Translations under genes and position numbers: made by a program | In this document: piece by piece, positions 1 through 9,152 of the stretch | Layout of the letters: each line of letters opens with the position of its first letter | Numbering within the stretch: position 1 is the first letter of the stretch | Source of the DNA: Asticcacaulis sp. | GTDB taxonomy: Bacteria > Pseudomonadota > Alphaproteobacteria > Caulobacterales > Caulobacteraceae | Length of the DNA stretch: 64,000 bases | Assembly (NCBI RefSeq): GCF_047605585.1 | Contig: NZ_JASGFK010000002.1 | Span: 544,328 to 608,327, forward strand | Direction: 5' to 3' | Notes under the pieces: generated by a model | Databases searched by the model: none | The model's input: only the letters and a program-made list of their open reading frames with translations | Told to the model about the DNA's origin: nothing

Positions 1-161
1 AACATATTTGCCGAGTTCTTCCAGCAGGCTGGCGCTGTGCGCCTTGGGATAGGCGGGGGACGTGTGCGTGTTCATGCCTTCAGTTTGATCTCATTTGAGT
101 CAAATTGAAAGATTATTTTTGCAAAATGATTGCTGAATTGATCATTTTGACGCGCCTAAAT

Positions 162-902
162 TTAGGCACGCACCGCTGTTTTCAGCTTCCAGTCCGGAAA
201 ATGGATCGTTTCGACGGGAGGAAACTGGCCCGCATCAGCCAGTTCCAGGATCAGAGGCGCGATTTCGGCCGGCAGGGGCAAGGTCATCGGATCTTCACCC
301 GGATAGGCCGCCGCACGCATACGGGTGCGCATGGCGCCTGGTGAGACGATGGCGGCCCGAATGGGTGTGATCTCGATTTCGTCCGCCCAGGCACGCACAA
401 GGGTCTCCATGGCGGCCTTGGTGGCACCATAAGGGCCCCAGAAAGCGCGGCCTGTGGTTACGCTGGTCCCGGTCGTCAAAAAGATGGCGCGCCCGGCGGC
501 GGACTGGCGCAGCAGCGGTTCCAATGCACGCAGCAGGCGCCAGGTGGCGCCCAGATTGACAGCAACGATCTTGTCGAAATCCTTCGGCTCGTGATGGGTG
601 ACGGGCGTCAGCGTACCGGAAATGGCGGCGGCATGGACCACGACATCAATGCGGCCAAAGCGCTCGAACAGGGCTGAACTCAGGCGATCGAACGCGTCAT
701 TATCGGTGATATCGAACGGAATGAGCGTGGCATGGCGCCCGGTGGCGGCCAGGATCCCCTCATCGAGTTCTTCAAGCGCCGCCTTGGAGCGTGCGCAGAC
801 AATGACTTGGGCACCGGCCGTGGCCAGGGCCAGGGCGCACGCTCGACCGATCCCCCTTGAAGCGCCGGTAACAAGAGCGATGCGGCCGTTTTGAGCGGTC
901 AT
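162..902 (-). CDS. SDR-family short-chain dehydrogenase/reductase. Start moved to internal Met (MTAQNGRIALVTGASRGIG).
   Basis: Rossmann TGxxxGIG motif near the N-terminus and typical SDR length. CAT (ATG complement) at 900-902. Lies just downstream of the purF stop. Confidence 0.8.
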   Translation of the reverse strand: MTAQNGRIALVTGASRGIGRACALALATAGAQVIVCARSKAALEELDEGILAATGRHATLIPFDITDNDAFDRLSSALFERFGRIDVVVHAAAISGTLTPVTHHEPKDFDKIVAVNLGATWRLLRALEPLLRQSAAGRAIFLTTGTSVTTGRAFWGPYGATKAAMETLVRAWADEIEITPIRAAIVSPGAMRTRMRAAAYPGEDPMTLPLPAEIAPLILELADAGQFPPVETIHFPDWKLKTAVRA

Positions 903-915
903 TGATCTGTTTCTC

Positions 916-2427
916 TTAGTGCGCGTTAGCGAGCAGGGACAGCTGGGCGCCGGCATTGCTGGCGTCGGCTTCAGCATCTTCACGATCGGTTAAGCGGGTC
1001 GGATATTCACCGGTGAAGTAATGGTCGGTGAACTGCGGATTGGCATTGTCCCGGCCATTGTGTCCCATCGCCTTGTACAGACCATCAACCGAGAGGAAGC
1101 CTAAGCTGTCGCATTCCAGCTTCTGACGCATTTCCTCAAGTGTGTGGTTGGCGGCCAGCAGCTTTTCACGATCCGGCATGTCGATGCCGTAGAAATCTGG
1201 CCACATGATCGGCGGAGAGGCCGAGCGCAGATGGACTTCCTTGGCGCCGGCGGCGCGGACCATGCGGACGATCTTGACCGAGGTGGTGCCGCGGACGATC
1301 GAGTCGTCGATGAGGATGACCTTCTTGCCTTCCAGCACGATGCGGTTCGGGGCGTGCTTCTTGCGCACGCCGAGATCGCGGATGCCCTGCGTCGGCTGAA
1401 TGAAGGTACGGCCAACATAGTGGTTACGAATGATGCCCAGCTCAAAAGGCAAGCCGGATTGTTCGGAGAAGCCGAGTGCCGCCGGCACGCCGGAATCCGG
1501 CACGGGCACGACGAGATCGGCATCGGCCGGATGCTCGATAGCCAGCTGGCGACCCATGCGCTTGCGGACATCGTAGATTGACTTGCCGTTGACCACTGAA
1601 TCCGGGCGAGCGAAGTAGATATACTCGAACAGGCAGGGGCGGGCCGACTTGACACCGAACGGCTTGTAGGAGGTCAGGCCGCTTTCATCGATCTGGACTA
1701 CTTCGCCGTGCTCGACATCGCGCACGAAGGTGGCGCCAATCATGTCCAACGCACAGGTTTCCGAGGCGAAGACATAGGAGTCACCGAGCTTGCCTATGAC
1801 CAGCGGGCGGATACCCAGCGGATCGCGGGCGCCGATCATCATCGAACGGGTCAGGGCCACCAGGGCGAAGCCGCCTTCGATATGGCGCAGGGCGTCCATG
1901 AATCGGTCGATGATCTTGATCGATCGCGACCGCGCGATCAGATGCAAAATGACCTCCGAATCGGAGGTCGACTGGAAGATGGAACCTTCGCTGACCAGTT
2001 TGGTGCGCAGGTGCATGAAATTGGTGAGGTTGCCGTTGTGGGCGAGGGCGATACCGCCGTCATCCAGGTCGGCGAACATCGGCTGAACGTTGCGTATGAA
2101 GGCGCCGCCGGCCGTCGAATAGCGGGTGTGGCCGATGGCGGAGCGGCCTTTCAGGCGGGCCACCACGTCGGGCTGGGTGAAGACGTCGCCGACCAGACCG
2201 TGTTCACGTTCGGTATAGAAGCGCTTGCCGTCGCACGAGGCGATGCCGCAGGCTTCTTCGCCGCGGTGCTGCAGGGCGTGCATGCCCAGCACCGTGATGG
2301 CGCTGGCATCGTCGATGCCGTAGACGCCGAACACGCCGCATTCGAGGCGGGGGCGGTCATCCTCGGAGTCGCGCTGATGGGCTTGGGGATCGGTGAGAGC
2401 AGACAGTTCAGGCTGAGACAACAGCAT
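916..2427 (-). CDS. purF: Amidophosphoribosyltransferase
   Basis: N-terminal MLxxxPExxxLxxxQxxQxxDxxDDxxRxECGVFGVYG nucleophile-Cys glutaminase motif and PRTase domain. About 500 aa. Confidence 0.92.
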   Translation of the reverse strand: MLLSQPELSALTDPQAHQRDSEDDRPRLECGVFGVYGIDDASAITVLGMHALQHRGEEACGIASCDGKRFYTEREHGLVGDVFTQPDVVARLKGRSAIGHTRYSTAGGAFIRNVQPMFADLDDGGIALAHNGNLTNFMHLRTKLVSEGSIFQSTSDSEVILHLIARSRSIKIIDRFMDALRHIEGGFALVALTRSMMIGARDPLGIRPLVIGKLGDSYVFASETCALDMIGATFVRDVEHGEVVQIDESGLTSYKPFGVKSARPCLFEYIYFARPDSVVNGKSIYDVRKRMGRQLAIEHPADADLVVPVPDSGVPAALGFSEQSGLPFELGIIRNHYVGRTFIQPTQGIRDLGVRKKHAPNRIVLEGKKVILIDDSIVRGTTSVKIVRMVRAAGAKEVHLRSASPPIMWPDFYGIDMPDREKLLAANHTLEEMRQKLECDSLGFLSVDGLYKAMGHNGRDNANPQFTDHYFTGEYPTRLTDREDAEADASNAGAQLSLLANAH

Positions 2428-2492
2428 GGAATCTCTTTTCTAAAACGCTTCGACCACCCGCAAGGCGACAGGAAGGTCAGGTTACTGCCAGA

Positions 2493-3005
2493 TTACTGGC
2501 TGTCCTCGACCACCTTGTTGGCCGCTCCCGTGCCAGCCGGGATGAAGGCCTGGATGATCTTGGCGCATTTGACGCTCAACGGATAAACCTTGGCGGCGCG
2601 GAACCAGTGAGGTTGCCGGTCAATAGGCGTGACCACGGAAAAAAACAAGTGGAATACGCCCAAAACCACCAGTGTACGGAAGATTCCGATACCCACGCCC
2701 AGAACACGGTCGAAGGTATTGAGCGCCTTTTGCTTTTGCATCTTGTCGGAAAGGGCATGCCCCAGATAGCGCACACCGAAATAGACGATGAGAAAGACGA
2801 TGAAGGCGGCCACATAGCCGGTGATCGTATCGAGATGAAATGCCCTGGTTATATATCCCTTCGAAACGATGGCGATAAACAGCGCCAGGAAGAAGGAAAT
2901 CAGGTTGACCAGCTCCTTCGTGCCGCCGCGTACGAAGCCCGCGAAACATGAGACGGCCAGGAGGGCCAGAAAAATGAAATCGTAGGCTTCCAACTTATCC
3001 CCCAT
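2493..3005 (-). CDS. cvpA: CvpA-family membrane protein (colicin V production protein). Start chosen at internal Met; the ORF could extend to 3107.
   Basis: Hydrophobic N-terminus (DFIFLALLAVSCFAGFVRGG) typical of CvpA. Conserved purF-cvpA adjacency. Confidence 0.7.
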   Translation of the reverse strand: MGDKLEAYDFIFLALLAVSCFAGFVRGGTKELVNLISFFLALFIAIVSKGYITRAFHLDTITGYVAAFIVFLIVYFGVRYLGHALSDKMQKQKALNTFDRVLGVGIGIFRTLVVLGVFHLFFSVVTPIDRQPHWFRAAKVYPLSVKCAKIIQAFIPAGTGAANKVVEDSQ

Positions 3006-3133
3006 ATGTGACGGCGCGGCGCATTTTCCAGTCCTCGCATCGTTTTTATTGAAAACGACTTGGCGGCGATGCGCCCGGCCTTCATACCATTTGCGCAGAT
3101 CCTTCACAACACGGGTTAACCATCGTGTCTGAT

Positions 3134-4504
3134 CTATCCCTGTGGGAAAAGACTGACAACGGCGTCAACCAGTGTGGTGAAGCCCCTGACCTGAAGGGGC
3201 GGATTGTCGGTGGCGGCGGGTGCGGTTACGGCGCTGGAAAAGCCGAGCTTCAGGGCTTCCTTCAGGCGGCCTTCGGAGCGCGATACCGAGCGGATATCGC
3301 CGGACAGGCTGATCTCGCCAAAAACGACGCAATCACGCGGCAGAGGGGTATCGGTCAGGGCGGAGACCAGGGCCAGGGCCGCGCAGAGATCGGCAGCCGG
3401 CTCGGAAATGCGTAAGCCCCCGGCGACATTAAGATAGACATCCTTCTGGCCGAAGCCGACGCCGCAGCGGGCTTCAAGCACGGCCAGGATCATGGCAAGG
3501 CGGCCTGAGTCCCAGCCAACGACCGCACGGCGCGGCGTGCCATAGGCTGAGGGCGCGACCAGAGCCTGGACCTCGACCAGCACGGGGCGAGAGCCTTCGA
3601 TACCGGCAAAGACGGCGGAGCCGGAAGCGCGTTCGTGGCCATCGCCGAGGAACAGGGCGGAGGGATTGGGTACTTCACGCAGGCCGGAATCGCCCATCTC
3701 GAATACGCCGATCTCATCGGTGGCGCCGAAGCGGTTCTTGGTGCCGCGCAGGATACGAAACGGATAGCCGCGCTCGCCCTCGAAGGACAGAACGGCATCG
3801 ACCATATGCTCGACTACGCGTGGTCCGGCGATTTGGCCTTCCTTGGTGACGTGGCCGACCATGATGATCGAGGTCGACTGCTTCTTGGCCAGGCGTACGA
3901 GTTCGCCGGCGCAGGCCCGGACCTGCGACACGGAGCCTTGCGCCGCCTCGATGGCGTCCGACCACAGGGTCTGGATGGAATCGATGATCACCAGGTCGAA
4001 TTTTTCGCGCTTCAGGGCCTCCAGAATGGTGCGCAAGGCGGTCTCGGCAGCCAGTTCGACCGGTGCCTTGGAAAGCCCCATGCGGGCCGCGCGGCCGCGT
4101 ACCTGCTCGACGGCTTCTTCACCGGAGATATAGGCGACCTTCAGGTTTTTCAGGGCGGCATTGGCGGCGACCTGCAGCAACAGGGTCGATTTACCGACGC
4201 CCGGATCGCCGGCGATTAGTATGGCCGAGCCCGGCACCACGCCACCACCGCAGACGCGGTCGAATTCGTCAATGCCCGTCACCATGCGAACCGGAATCGC
4301 ATCCTCGCTCTCAAGTGTTTCGAATTGCAGCTTGTTCAGGCGGGAAATTTTACCTGGCGCTTCCGGTTTCAAACCACCTGGCGGCGCGCTGTAGGTTTCC
4401 TGCACCAGAGTATTCCACTGACCGCAGCCGCCGCACTGACCGGCCCACTTATTATGGACGTTACCGCAGGACTGGCAGATATAGACGGCGGAATCGCGGG
4501 CCAT
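3134..4504 (-). CDS. radA: DNA repair protein RadA/Sms
   Basis: N-terminal C4 zinc finger (YICQSCG...CGGCGQW), Walker A GDPGVGKST, and a C-terminal Lon-like domain. Confidence 0.93.
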   Translation of the reverse strand: MARDSAVYICQSCGNVHNKWAGQCGGCGQWNTLVQETYSAPPGGLKPEAPGKISRLNKLQFETLESEDAIPVRMVTGIDEFDRVCGGGVVPGSAILIAGDPGVGKSTLLLQVAANAALKNLKVAYISGEEAVEQVRGRAARMGLSKAPVELAAETALRTILEALKREKFDLVIIDSIQTLWSDAIEAAQGSVSQVRACAGELVRLAKKQSTSIIMVGHVTKEGQIAGPRVVEHMVDAVLSFEGERGYPFRILRGTKNRFGATDEIGVFEMGDSGLREVPNPSALFLGDGHERASGSAVFAGIEGSRPVLVEVQALVAPSAYGTPRRAVVGWDSGRLAMILAVLEARCGVGFGQKDVYLNVAGGLRISEPAADLCAALALVSALTDTPLPRDCVVFGEISLSGDIRSVSRSEGRLKEALKLGFSSAVTAPAATDNPPLQVRGFTTLVDAVVSLFPQG

Positions 4505-4527
4505 GACTCACTCATATGAAGCTATTC

Positions 4528-4542
4528 GTTCTTCATATGTTC
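4528..4542. promoter_or_regulatory. Candidate alphaproteobacterial SOS (LexA) box GTTC-N7-GTTC, embedded in a 9-bp perfect palindrome (CATATGAAG-N9-CTTCATATG, 4513-4539) immediately upstream of the radA start
   Basis: Sequence gttcTTCATATgttc lies 24-38 nt upstream of the radA ATG. It matches the GTTCN7GTTC direct-repeat LexA operator described for Rhodobacter, Sinorhizobium and Caulobacter. Confidence 0.45.
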
Positions 4543-4569
4543 CGATTTTGTGGCTCTGTCAAGAACGCT

Positions 4570-4616
4570 CTATTCGTAGTTGCTTTCGTACAGATGGCTG
4601 TTGGCCAGATTGCCGA
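4570..4616. repeat. 47-bp direct repeat. A near-identical copy (43/47) of the last 15 codons plus stop of dnaB (4670-4716), placed exactly 100 bp downstream.
   Basis: ctattcgtagttgctttcgtacagatggctgttggccagattgccga compared with ctattcgtagttgctctcgtacagatggctatttgccagattgccga. The copy is in-frame and synonymous, and would also encode GNLANSHLYESNYE*. Confidence 0.85.
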
Positions 4617-4669
4617 CCGCGCTAAAGCAGCGCAGCGGTAGCGCCACTAAAACAGCTTCGGCAATCTTA

Positions 4670-6154
4670 CTATTCGTAGTTGCTCTCGTACAGATGGCTA
4701 TTTGCCAGATTGCCGAAACGCACCGTATTGGCATCGAACGACACGCGCACCGTGCCGATAGGACCGTGACGCTGCTTGCCGATAATGACTTCGGCCATGT
4801 TACGGGTCCGGTCCATGTCCTCCTGCCAGGTCAGGTGTTCGGGTGTGCCTTCACGCGGTTCGGCGCGGCCGAGGTAGTAGCTTTCACGATAAACGAACAT
4901 CACGATATCGGCGTCCTGCTCGATCGAGCCGGATTCACGCAGGTCGGAAAGCTGCGGGCGTTTGTCGTCGCGGCTTTCGACGGTCCGTGACAGCTGGGAA
5001 AGCGCGATGACCGGGATGGCCAGCTCCTTGGCCAGGGTCTTCAGGCCCATGGTGATGGTCGAGACTTCCTGCACCCGGTTCATATTGGCGCCGGCATCGC
5101 CGATGGTGACGAGCTGGAGATAGTCGACCATCAGGACGTCGAGGCCGGAGGTGCGCTTTAGGCGGCGCGCGCGTGCGGTGAGCTTGGCCAGTGTAATACC
5201 GCCGGTATCATCGATGAACAGGGGGGCGGCGCTGATCTCCATGGCCGCCTCCTTGATCTGCATGAATTCACCCGGCGTGATTTCGCCCTTGCGGATCTTG
5301 TCGGATGGCACGCTGGAGGCATCGGAGAGCAGACGGCCGGCCAGCTGGTCGGCGGACATTTCCAGCGAATAGAAGGCGACGACGCCGCCGCGAACGGTCT
5401 TACGGGTGCCGTCCGGCTGGGGCTCGTAGGCGTAGTTCTTAGCGATATTCATGGCGATATTGGTCGCCAGGGCGGTTTTCCCCATCGAGGGGCGCCCGGC
5501 CAGGATGATCAGGTCGGACTTGTGCAGGCCGCCGATCTGTTTGTCGAGGTCGACCAGGCCTGTGGATACCCCGGCCAGACCGCCGTCGCGGTGGAAGGCT
5601 TCCTCGGCATGGTTGAGCGCGCCGGCCACGGCATCGGAAAAGCTGACGAAGCCGCCGGAGGAGCTGCCGGTCTCTGCCATGGCGAAGAGCTGGGCCTCGG
5701 CGGATTCGATCTGTTCGCGGGCATCCATCTCGGTGGCGGCGCCGCGGGCGATTTCGCCGCCCAGGCGGATCAGGTCGCGGCGCAGGGCCAGGTCATAGAT
5801 GACGCGGGCATAGTCGGAAGCATTGGCGGCAGGCGGGGCGCGATCGACAAGATCGGCGAAATAGCGGATGCCGCCCAGATCTTGAAAGGCCTGATCGTTC
5901 TTAAATTTATCAAGAAGAACAATGGGTTCAGCCAGGTGGCCGATGCGGATCTGCTCCTCGATCACCGAAAACAGGCGCTGGTGGAACGGCTCGTAGAAGT
6001 GGCGAGGCTGCAGGCCGTCGAACAGGCGTTCATAGGCGCCGTTATCGAACAGCAGGCAACCGAGCAGAGCCTGTTCGGCTTCCAGATTGTGCGGAATGGT
6101 GGATGGCGTTTCGACGTTGGTCTGGGGAGCGAGGGTATCGGGCATGACGGTCAT
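4670..6154 (-). CDS. dnaB: Replicative DNA helicase DnaB
   Basis: DnaB N-terminal domain (IPHNLEAEQALLGCLL), Walker A GRPSMGKTALA, and the conserved RecA-like helicase core. Confidence 0.93.
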   Translation of the reverse strand: MTVMPDTLAPQTNVETPSTIPHNLEAEQALLGCLLFDNGAYERLFDGLQPRHFYEPFHQRLFSVIEEQIRIGHLAEPIVLLDKFKNDQAFQDLGGIRYFADLVDRAPPAANASDYARVIYDLALRRDLIRLGGEIARGAATEMDAREQIESAEAQLFAMAETGSSSGGFVSFSDAVAGALNHAEEAFHRDGGLAGVSTGLVDLDKQIGGLHKSDLIILAGRPSMGKTALATNIAMNIAKNYAYEPQPDGTRKTVRGGVVAFYSLEMSADQLAGRLLSDASSVPSDKIRKGEITPGEFMQIKEAAMEISAAPLFIDDTGGITLAKLTARARRLKRTSGLDVLMVDYLQLVTIGDAGANMNRVQEVSTITMGLKTLAKELAIPVIALSQLSRTVESRDDKRPQLSDLRESGSIEQDADIVMFVYRESYYLGRAEPREGTPEHLTWQEDMDRTRNMAEVIIGKQRHGPIGTVRVSFDANTVRFGNLANSHLYESNYE

Positions 6155-6302
6155 AAGCAGAGTTAAGACAGGAAAGGCAAGGGCTGTCCCGATAGATTCT
6201 CCGCTCAGTCACAGCTTTCCCCGTGAGGCCCATTCACAGCCTGTGAAGATTGGGGATAAGTCCGTATATTATGCCGGTTTGCGCCGCACGCAAGAGACAT
6301 GA

Positions 6303-6337
6303 AAAACCCCTCGCTGGCGAACCAGCGAGGGGAAAGC
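6303..6337 (-). terminator. Rho-independent terminator of the TonB-dependent receptor gene
   Basis: CCCCTCGCTGG-cgaa-CCAGCGAGGGG stem, followed on the minus strand by TTTTT. Confidence 0.8.
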
Positions 6338-6404
6338 GGTTGCTATAAGTCGCGACATATCCGCAGGCACCGTCACGCTTTTGAGTGAAGGGCCTGTGGC
6401 CCTT

Positions 6405-8795
6405 CTACCAGGATTGGCTGACCTTGGCGTACAGGTAGCGGCCATTGAAGCCGAACGGCGAGAAGCGGGTGAAGGCGAGGGCGCCCACACCATTGCCGCT
6501 GGTCGTGTTCAGCCTGGCCGGCGTCTTGTCCGGGTATACGTCGAACAGGTTGTCTGCGCCCAGCATAAGGGTCGTGCCGGTCGAGAAGCGATAGCTGCCG
6601 CTCAGGTCGAAAAGCGTCTTGTCGCCGGTATGGATGTCGTTGGCGGCGACCGAAGCGGCGTCGATGACGTCGCCGTAATATGTGGCGCGCGCCGTCACGC
6701 TCAGTTGCGACCGCGTCCAGTCGACGGCGAATGTACCCTTGTTCTCAGGCGATGAGTTGGTCAGGATGTACTGACGGATGCGGGCGAAGAGGGGCGGCGC
6801 CGGTGACAGGGATGACAGGACATTGGTCGACGGATAGTTGTTGATGACCGTATTGTTGTTGTTCCAGGCAAAGGACAGGTTGAAATTACCGTAGGTCTCC
6901 GTCGGGATGCGATAGTTGGCGACGATATCCACGCCGGTCGTGGTCGTGGTCACGCCATTGAGGAAGAAGCGCGCCGAGCTGACATTCTGCGACGCCAGCA
7001 AGGCCGCCAGATCGGCGGAATAGTAGCCGGAGGTTGCCGAGTTCGAGATGTTCTCAGACAGGACGATGCGGTTACCGATGCGGATGTTATAGCCGTCGAC
7101 CGTCAGCTCGAAGCGACCCTTGTGCCAGACCGCGCCCAGGGATTCACTGGTCGAGGTCTCCGGCTCCAGCGCCTTGGCGCCGAGGGTCTGCGCCACCGCG
7201 CTGGTCGCCGGGAAGGTGCCCGTTTCAATAACCTGGCCATCGGTGACGACACTGGCGATCGAGGTGAAGTATTCCTGTTGCAGCGATGGTGCGCGGAAGC
7301 CGTTGTTGAGCGTGCCGCGGAGGGCGAAGGACGGCGTGAAGTCATAGCGCAGGGCCAGCTTGCCGGACGTGTTGCTGCCGAAATCCGAATAGTTTTCATA
7401 ACGCAGGGCGGCGTCATAGCTCAGCTTTTCGGTGAAATTGCCCGCAGCATCAATATACAGGCCGATATTGTCACGGCTCTCGTCAACGACGTTGGTGGGG
7501 CTGAAGCCACTGAAACCCTGGGCACCGCTACCGGTATAGGAGGCTTCGTCACCCGCCTTGATCTGATAGGTTTCGTGGCGTCCTTCGAGACCGAAGGCCA
7601 GGGTGAGTGGCGAGGACAGGCCGACCTCAAAGGGGCGGCTGAAGTCGGCATTAAACGCGGTCTGGCCGTATTTCAGCTGGCCGTCATAGAAGGAGGTCTG
7701 GGAGTCCGTCAGGCTCGTATTGACGCTGTTGAGCGTATAGTAGTCGAGCGTGTTGCTGCCATAGGTCAGGCTGAAATCCGAGGCCCATTGGCCTATGGCG
7801 CCCTTGACGCCGAAGGTGGCGGCATAGTCCTTGGACTTGGCGTTGATGATCGGCAGGAAGCCATTCGGATACTGCGCGCTGACGCCGGCATGGCGGAAGA
7901 AGGCCGCCGATTCCGAGTCATTGCTGGTGTAGCCGGCATTGCCATACCATGACCAGATATCGTTCAACGGCTTGCCGGCATTGAGGAAGACCGAGGCAAT
8001 GTCCTGTTCAGGATCGCCGTAGCGTGAAGTGACGGTGGCAGGTGTGACGGTGCTGTCGATATCACCGCGCGACGTCGGGTCGCGGTGCTTCAGATCCGCC
8101 GATACGGTCAGGAAACCGTCTGAGCCGAGCTTGAAGCCGGCCCAGCCGCTGATGTCGCTGGTCGCGCCATCATGTGCGTAGCGCTCGGAATTGGCCGCCT
8201 TGATGTCGGTATCGTACTGGCCATAGGAGACCGTGACGCCGCCGCCATGATCGGCCTGACGCAGACGCAGGTTCACGACACCGGCAATAGCATCGGAACC
8301 GTACTGCGCCGAGGCGCCGTCACGCAGCACTTCGGCGCGGTCGAGCGCGGCTTCCGGGATCGAATTGAGGTCGACAGCCGCGGAACCGCGTCCGGCCGAG
8401 CCGTTGATATTGACCAGGGCCGACGAATGCCAGCGCTTGCCATTGACCAGGACGAGGGTTTCATCGGGCGACAGGCCGCGCAGCTGGGCCGGACGGATAT
8501 TGTCGGTGCCGTCGGTGGCGGATGGGCGCGGGAAGTTCAGCGAAGGGGCCACCCGGGAAAGCCCTTGCGCCAGTTCGCTGTTGCCCTGGGCGGCCAGGGA
8601 TTGCGAGGTGACGATATCGACCGGTGCCAGCGTATCGAGGCGCGTGCGGCGGCTGGCGCGCTGGCCGGTGACGACGATTTCGGTGGGCTGCTCGCTGGCG
8701 GCGGGTGCGGTGTTTTGGGCGAAGGCGACGGGGGCAAGGCCTGCGGACAGGCTCAGGACCAGGGCGGTCGTAAGATATAGGCGGGAAGTAGACAT
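6405..8795 (-). CDS. TonB-dependent outer-membrane receptor. Start set at the signal-peptide Met (MSTSRLYLTTALVLSLSAGLAPVAFAQ).
   Basis: Signal peptide, plug domain, beta-barrel, and the C-terminal aromatic residue (…AKVSQSW) typical of TonB-dependent receptors. GGAG RBS upstream of the ATG at 8795. Confidence 0.88.
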   Translation of the reverse strand: MSTSRLYLTTALVLSLSAGLAPVAFAQNTAPAASEQPTEIVVTGQRASRRTRLDTLAPVDIVTSQSLAAQGNSELAQGLSRVAPSLNFPRPSATDGTDNIRPAQLRGLSPDETLVLVNGKRWHSSALVNINGSAGRGSAAVDLNSIPEAALDRAEVLRDGASAQYGSDAIAGVVNLRLRQADHGGGVTVSYGQYDTDIKAANSERYAHDGATSDISGWAGFKLGSDGFLTVSADLKHRDPTSRGDIDSTVTPATVTSRYGDPEQDIASVFLNAGKPLNDIWSWYGNAGYTSNDSESAAFFRHAGVSAQYPNGFLPIINAKSKDYAATFGVKGAIGQWASDFSLTYGSNTLDYYTLNSVNTSLTDSQTSFYDGQLKYGQTAFNADFSRPFEVGLSSPLTLAFGLEGRHETYQIKAGDEASYTGSGAQGFSGFSPTNVVDESRDNIGLYIDAAGNFTEKLSYDAALRYENYSDFGSNTSGKLALRYDFTPSFALRGTLNNGFRAPSLQQEYFTSIASVVTDGQVIETGTFPATSAVAQTLGAKALEPETSTSESLGAVWHKGRFELTVDGYNIRIGNRIVLSENISNSATSGYYSADLAALLASQNVSSARFFLNGVTTTTTGVDIVANYRIPTETYGNFNLSFAWNNNNTVINNYPSTNVLSSLSPAPPLFARIRQYILTNSSPENKGTFAVDWTRSQLSVTARATYYGDVIDAASVAANDIHTGDKTLFDLSGSYRFSTGTTLMLGADNLFDVYPDKTPARLNTTSGNGVGALAFTRFSPFGFNGRYLYAKVSQSW

Positions 8796-8923
8796 GGTGG
8801 GCTCCATTATTTCGTTTCGGTCTCGTCTTAAGGCGAGTGTCCGACTCGTGCGGTTGTGCTGGGCCCTAATTGGTCGCATTCATGTCATATTTAAAGAGAA
8901 CGCAGCGCCATAAATTGTGTCCT

Positions 8924-8943
8924 GATAGATTAGTAATGCTATC
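8924..8943. promoter_or_regulatory. Fur-box-like AT-rich imperfect palindrome in the promoter region of the TonB-dependent receptor gene
   Basis: GATAGATTAGTAATGCTATC resembles the GATAATGATAATCATTATC-type iron box. It lies about 130 bp upstream of the receptor start, in a 270-bp AT-rich island. Confidence 0.35.
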
Positions 8944-9152
8944 GATGTTGAGGGTTCTGGCTGTAAGAATTCAATAAAAATATTTTTAAATCAGTATATT
9001 ATTTCAATTCTATATTTAGGCGAGTGTGCATAACTTAATCAAATTTGTTGCGTGACGAGCCGTTTCTGAAACCATTCGTGACAGGATTTGTCCACTGTCG
9101 CATTCGGCTCAAGGGGTATATATTAGGCAAAAATATGTTCCGGGAGGTCGTC

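Noticed and set aside
4580-4990. 136-aa + strand ORF spanning the dnaB 3' end and downstream repeat
   Set aside because: It overlaps the genuine dnaB C-terminus antisense and starts within the duplicated segment. This is better explained as a shadow ORF created by the repeat.
7122-7952. 276-aa + strand ORF (and several other 100-300-aa ORFs) inside the TonB-dependent receptor gene
   Set aside because: Antisense or out-of-frame shadows of a well-supported gene, with the compositional bias typical of high-GC shadow ORFs.
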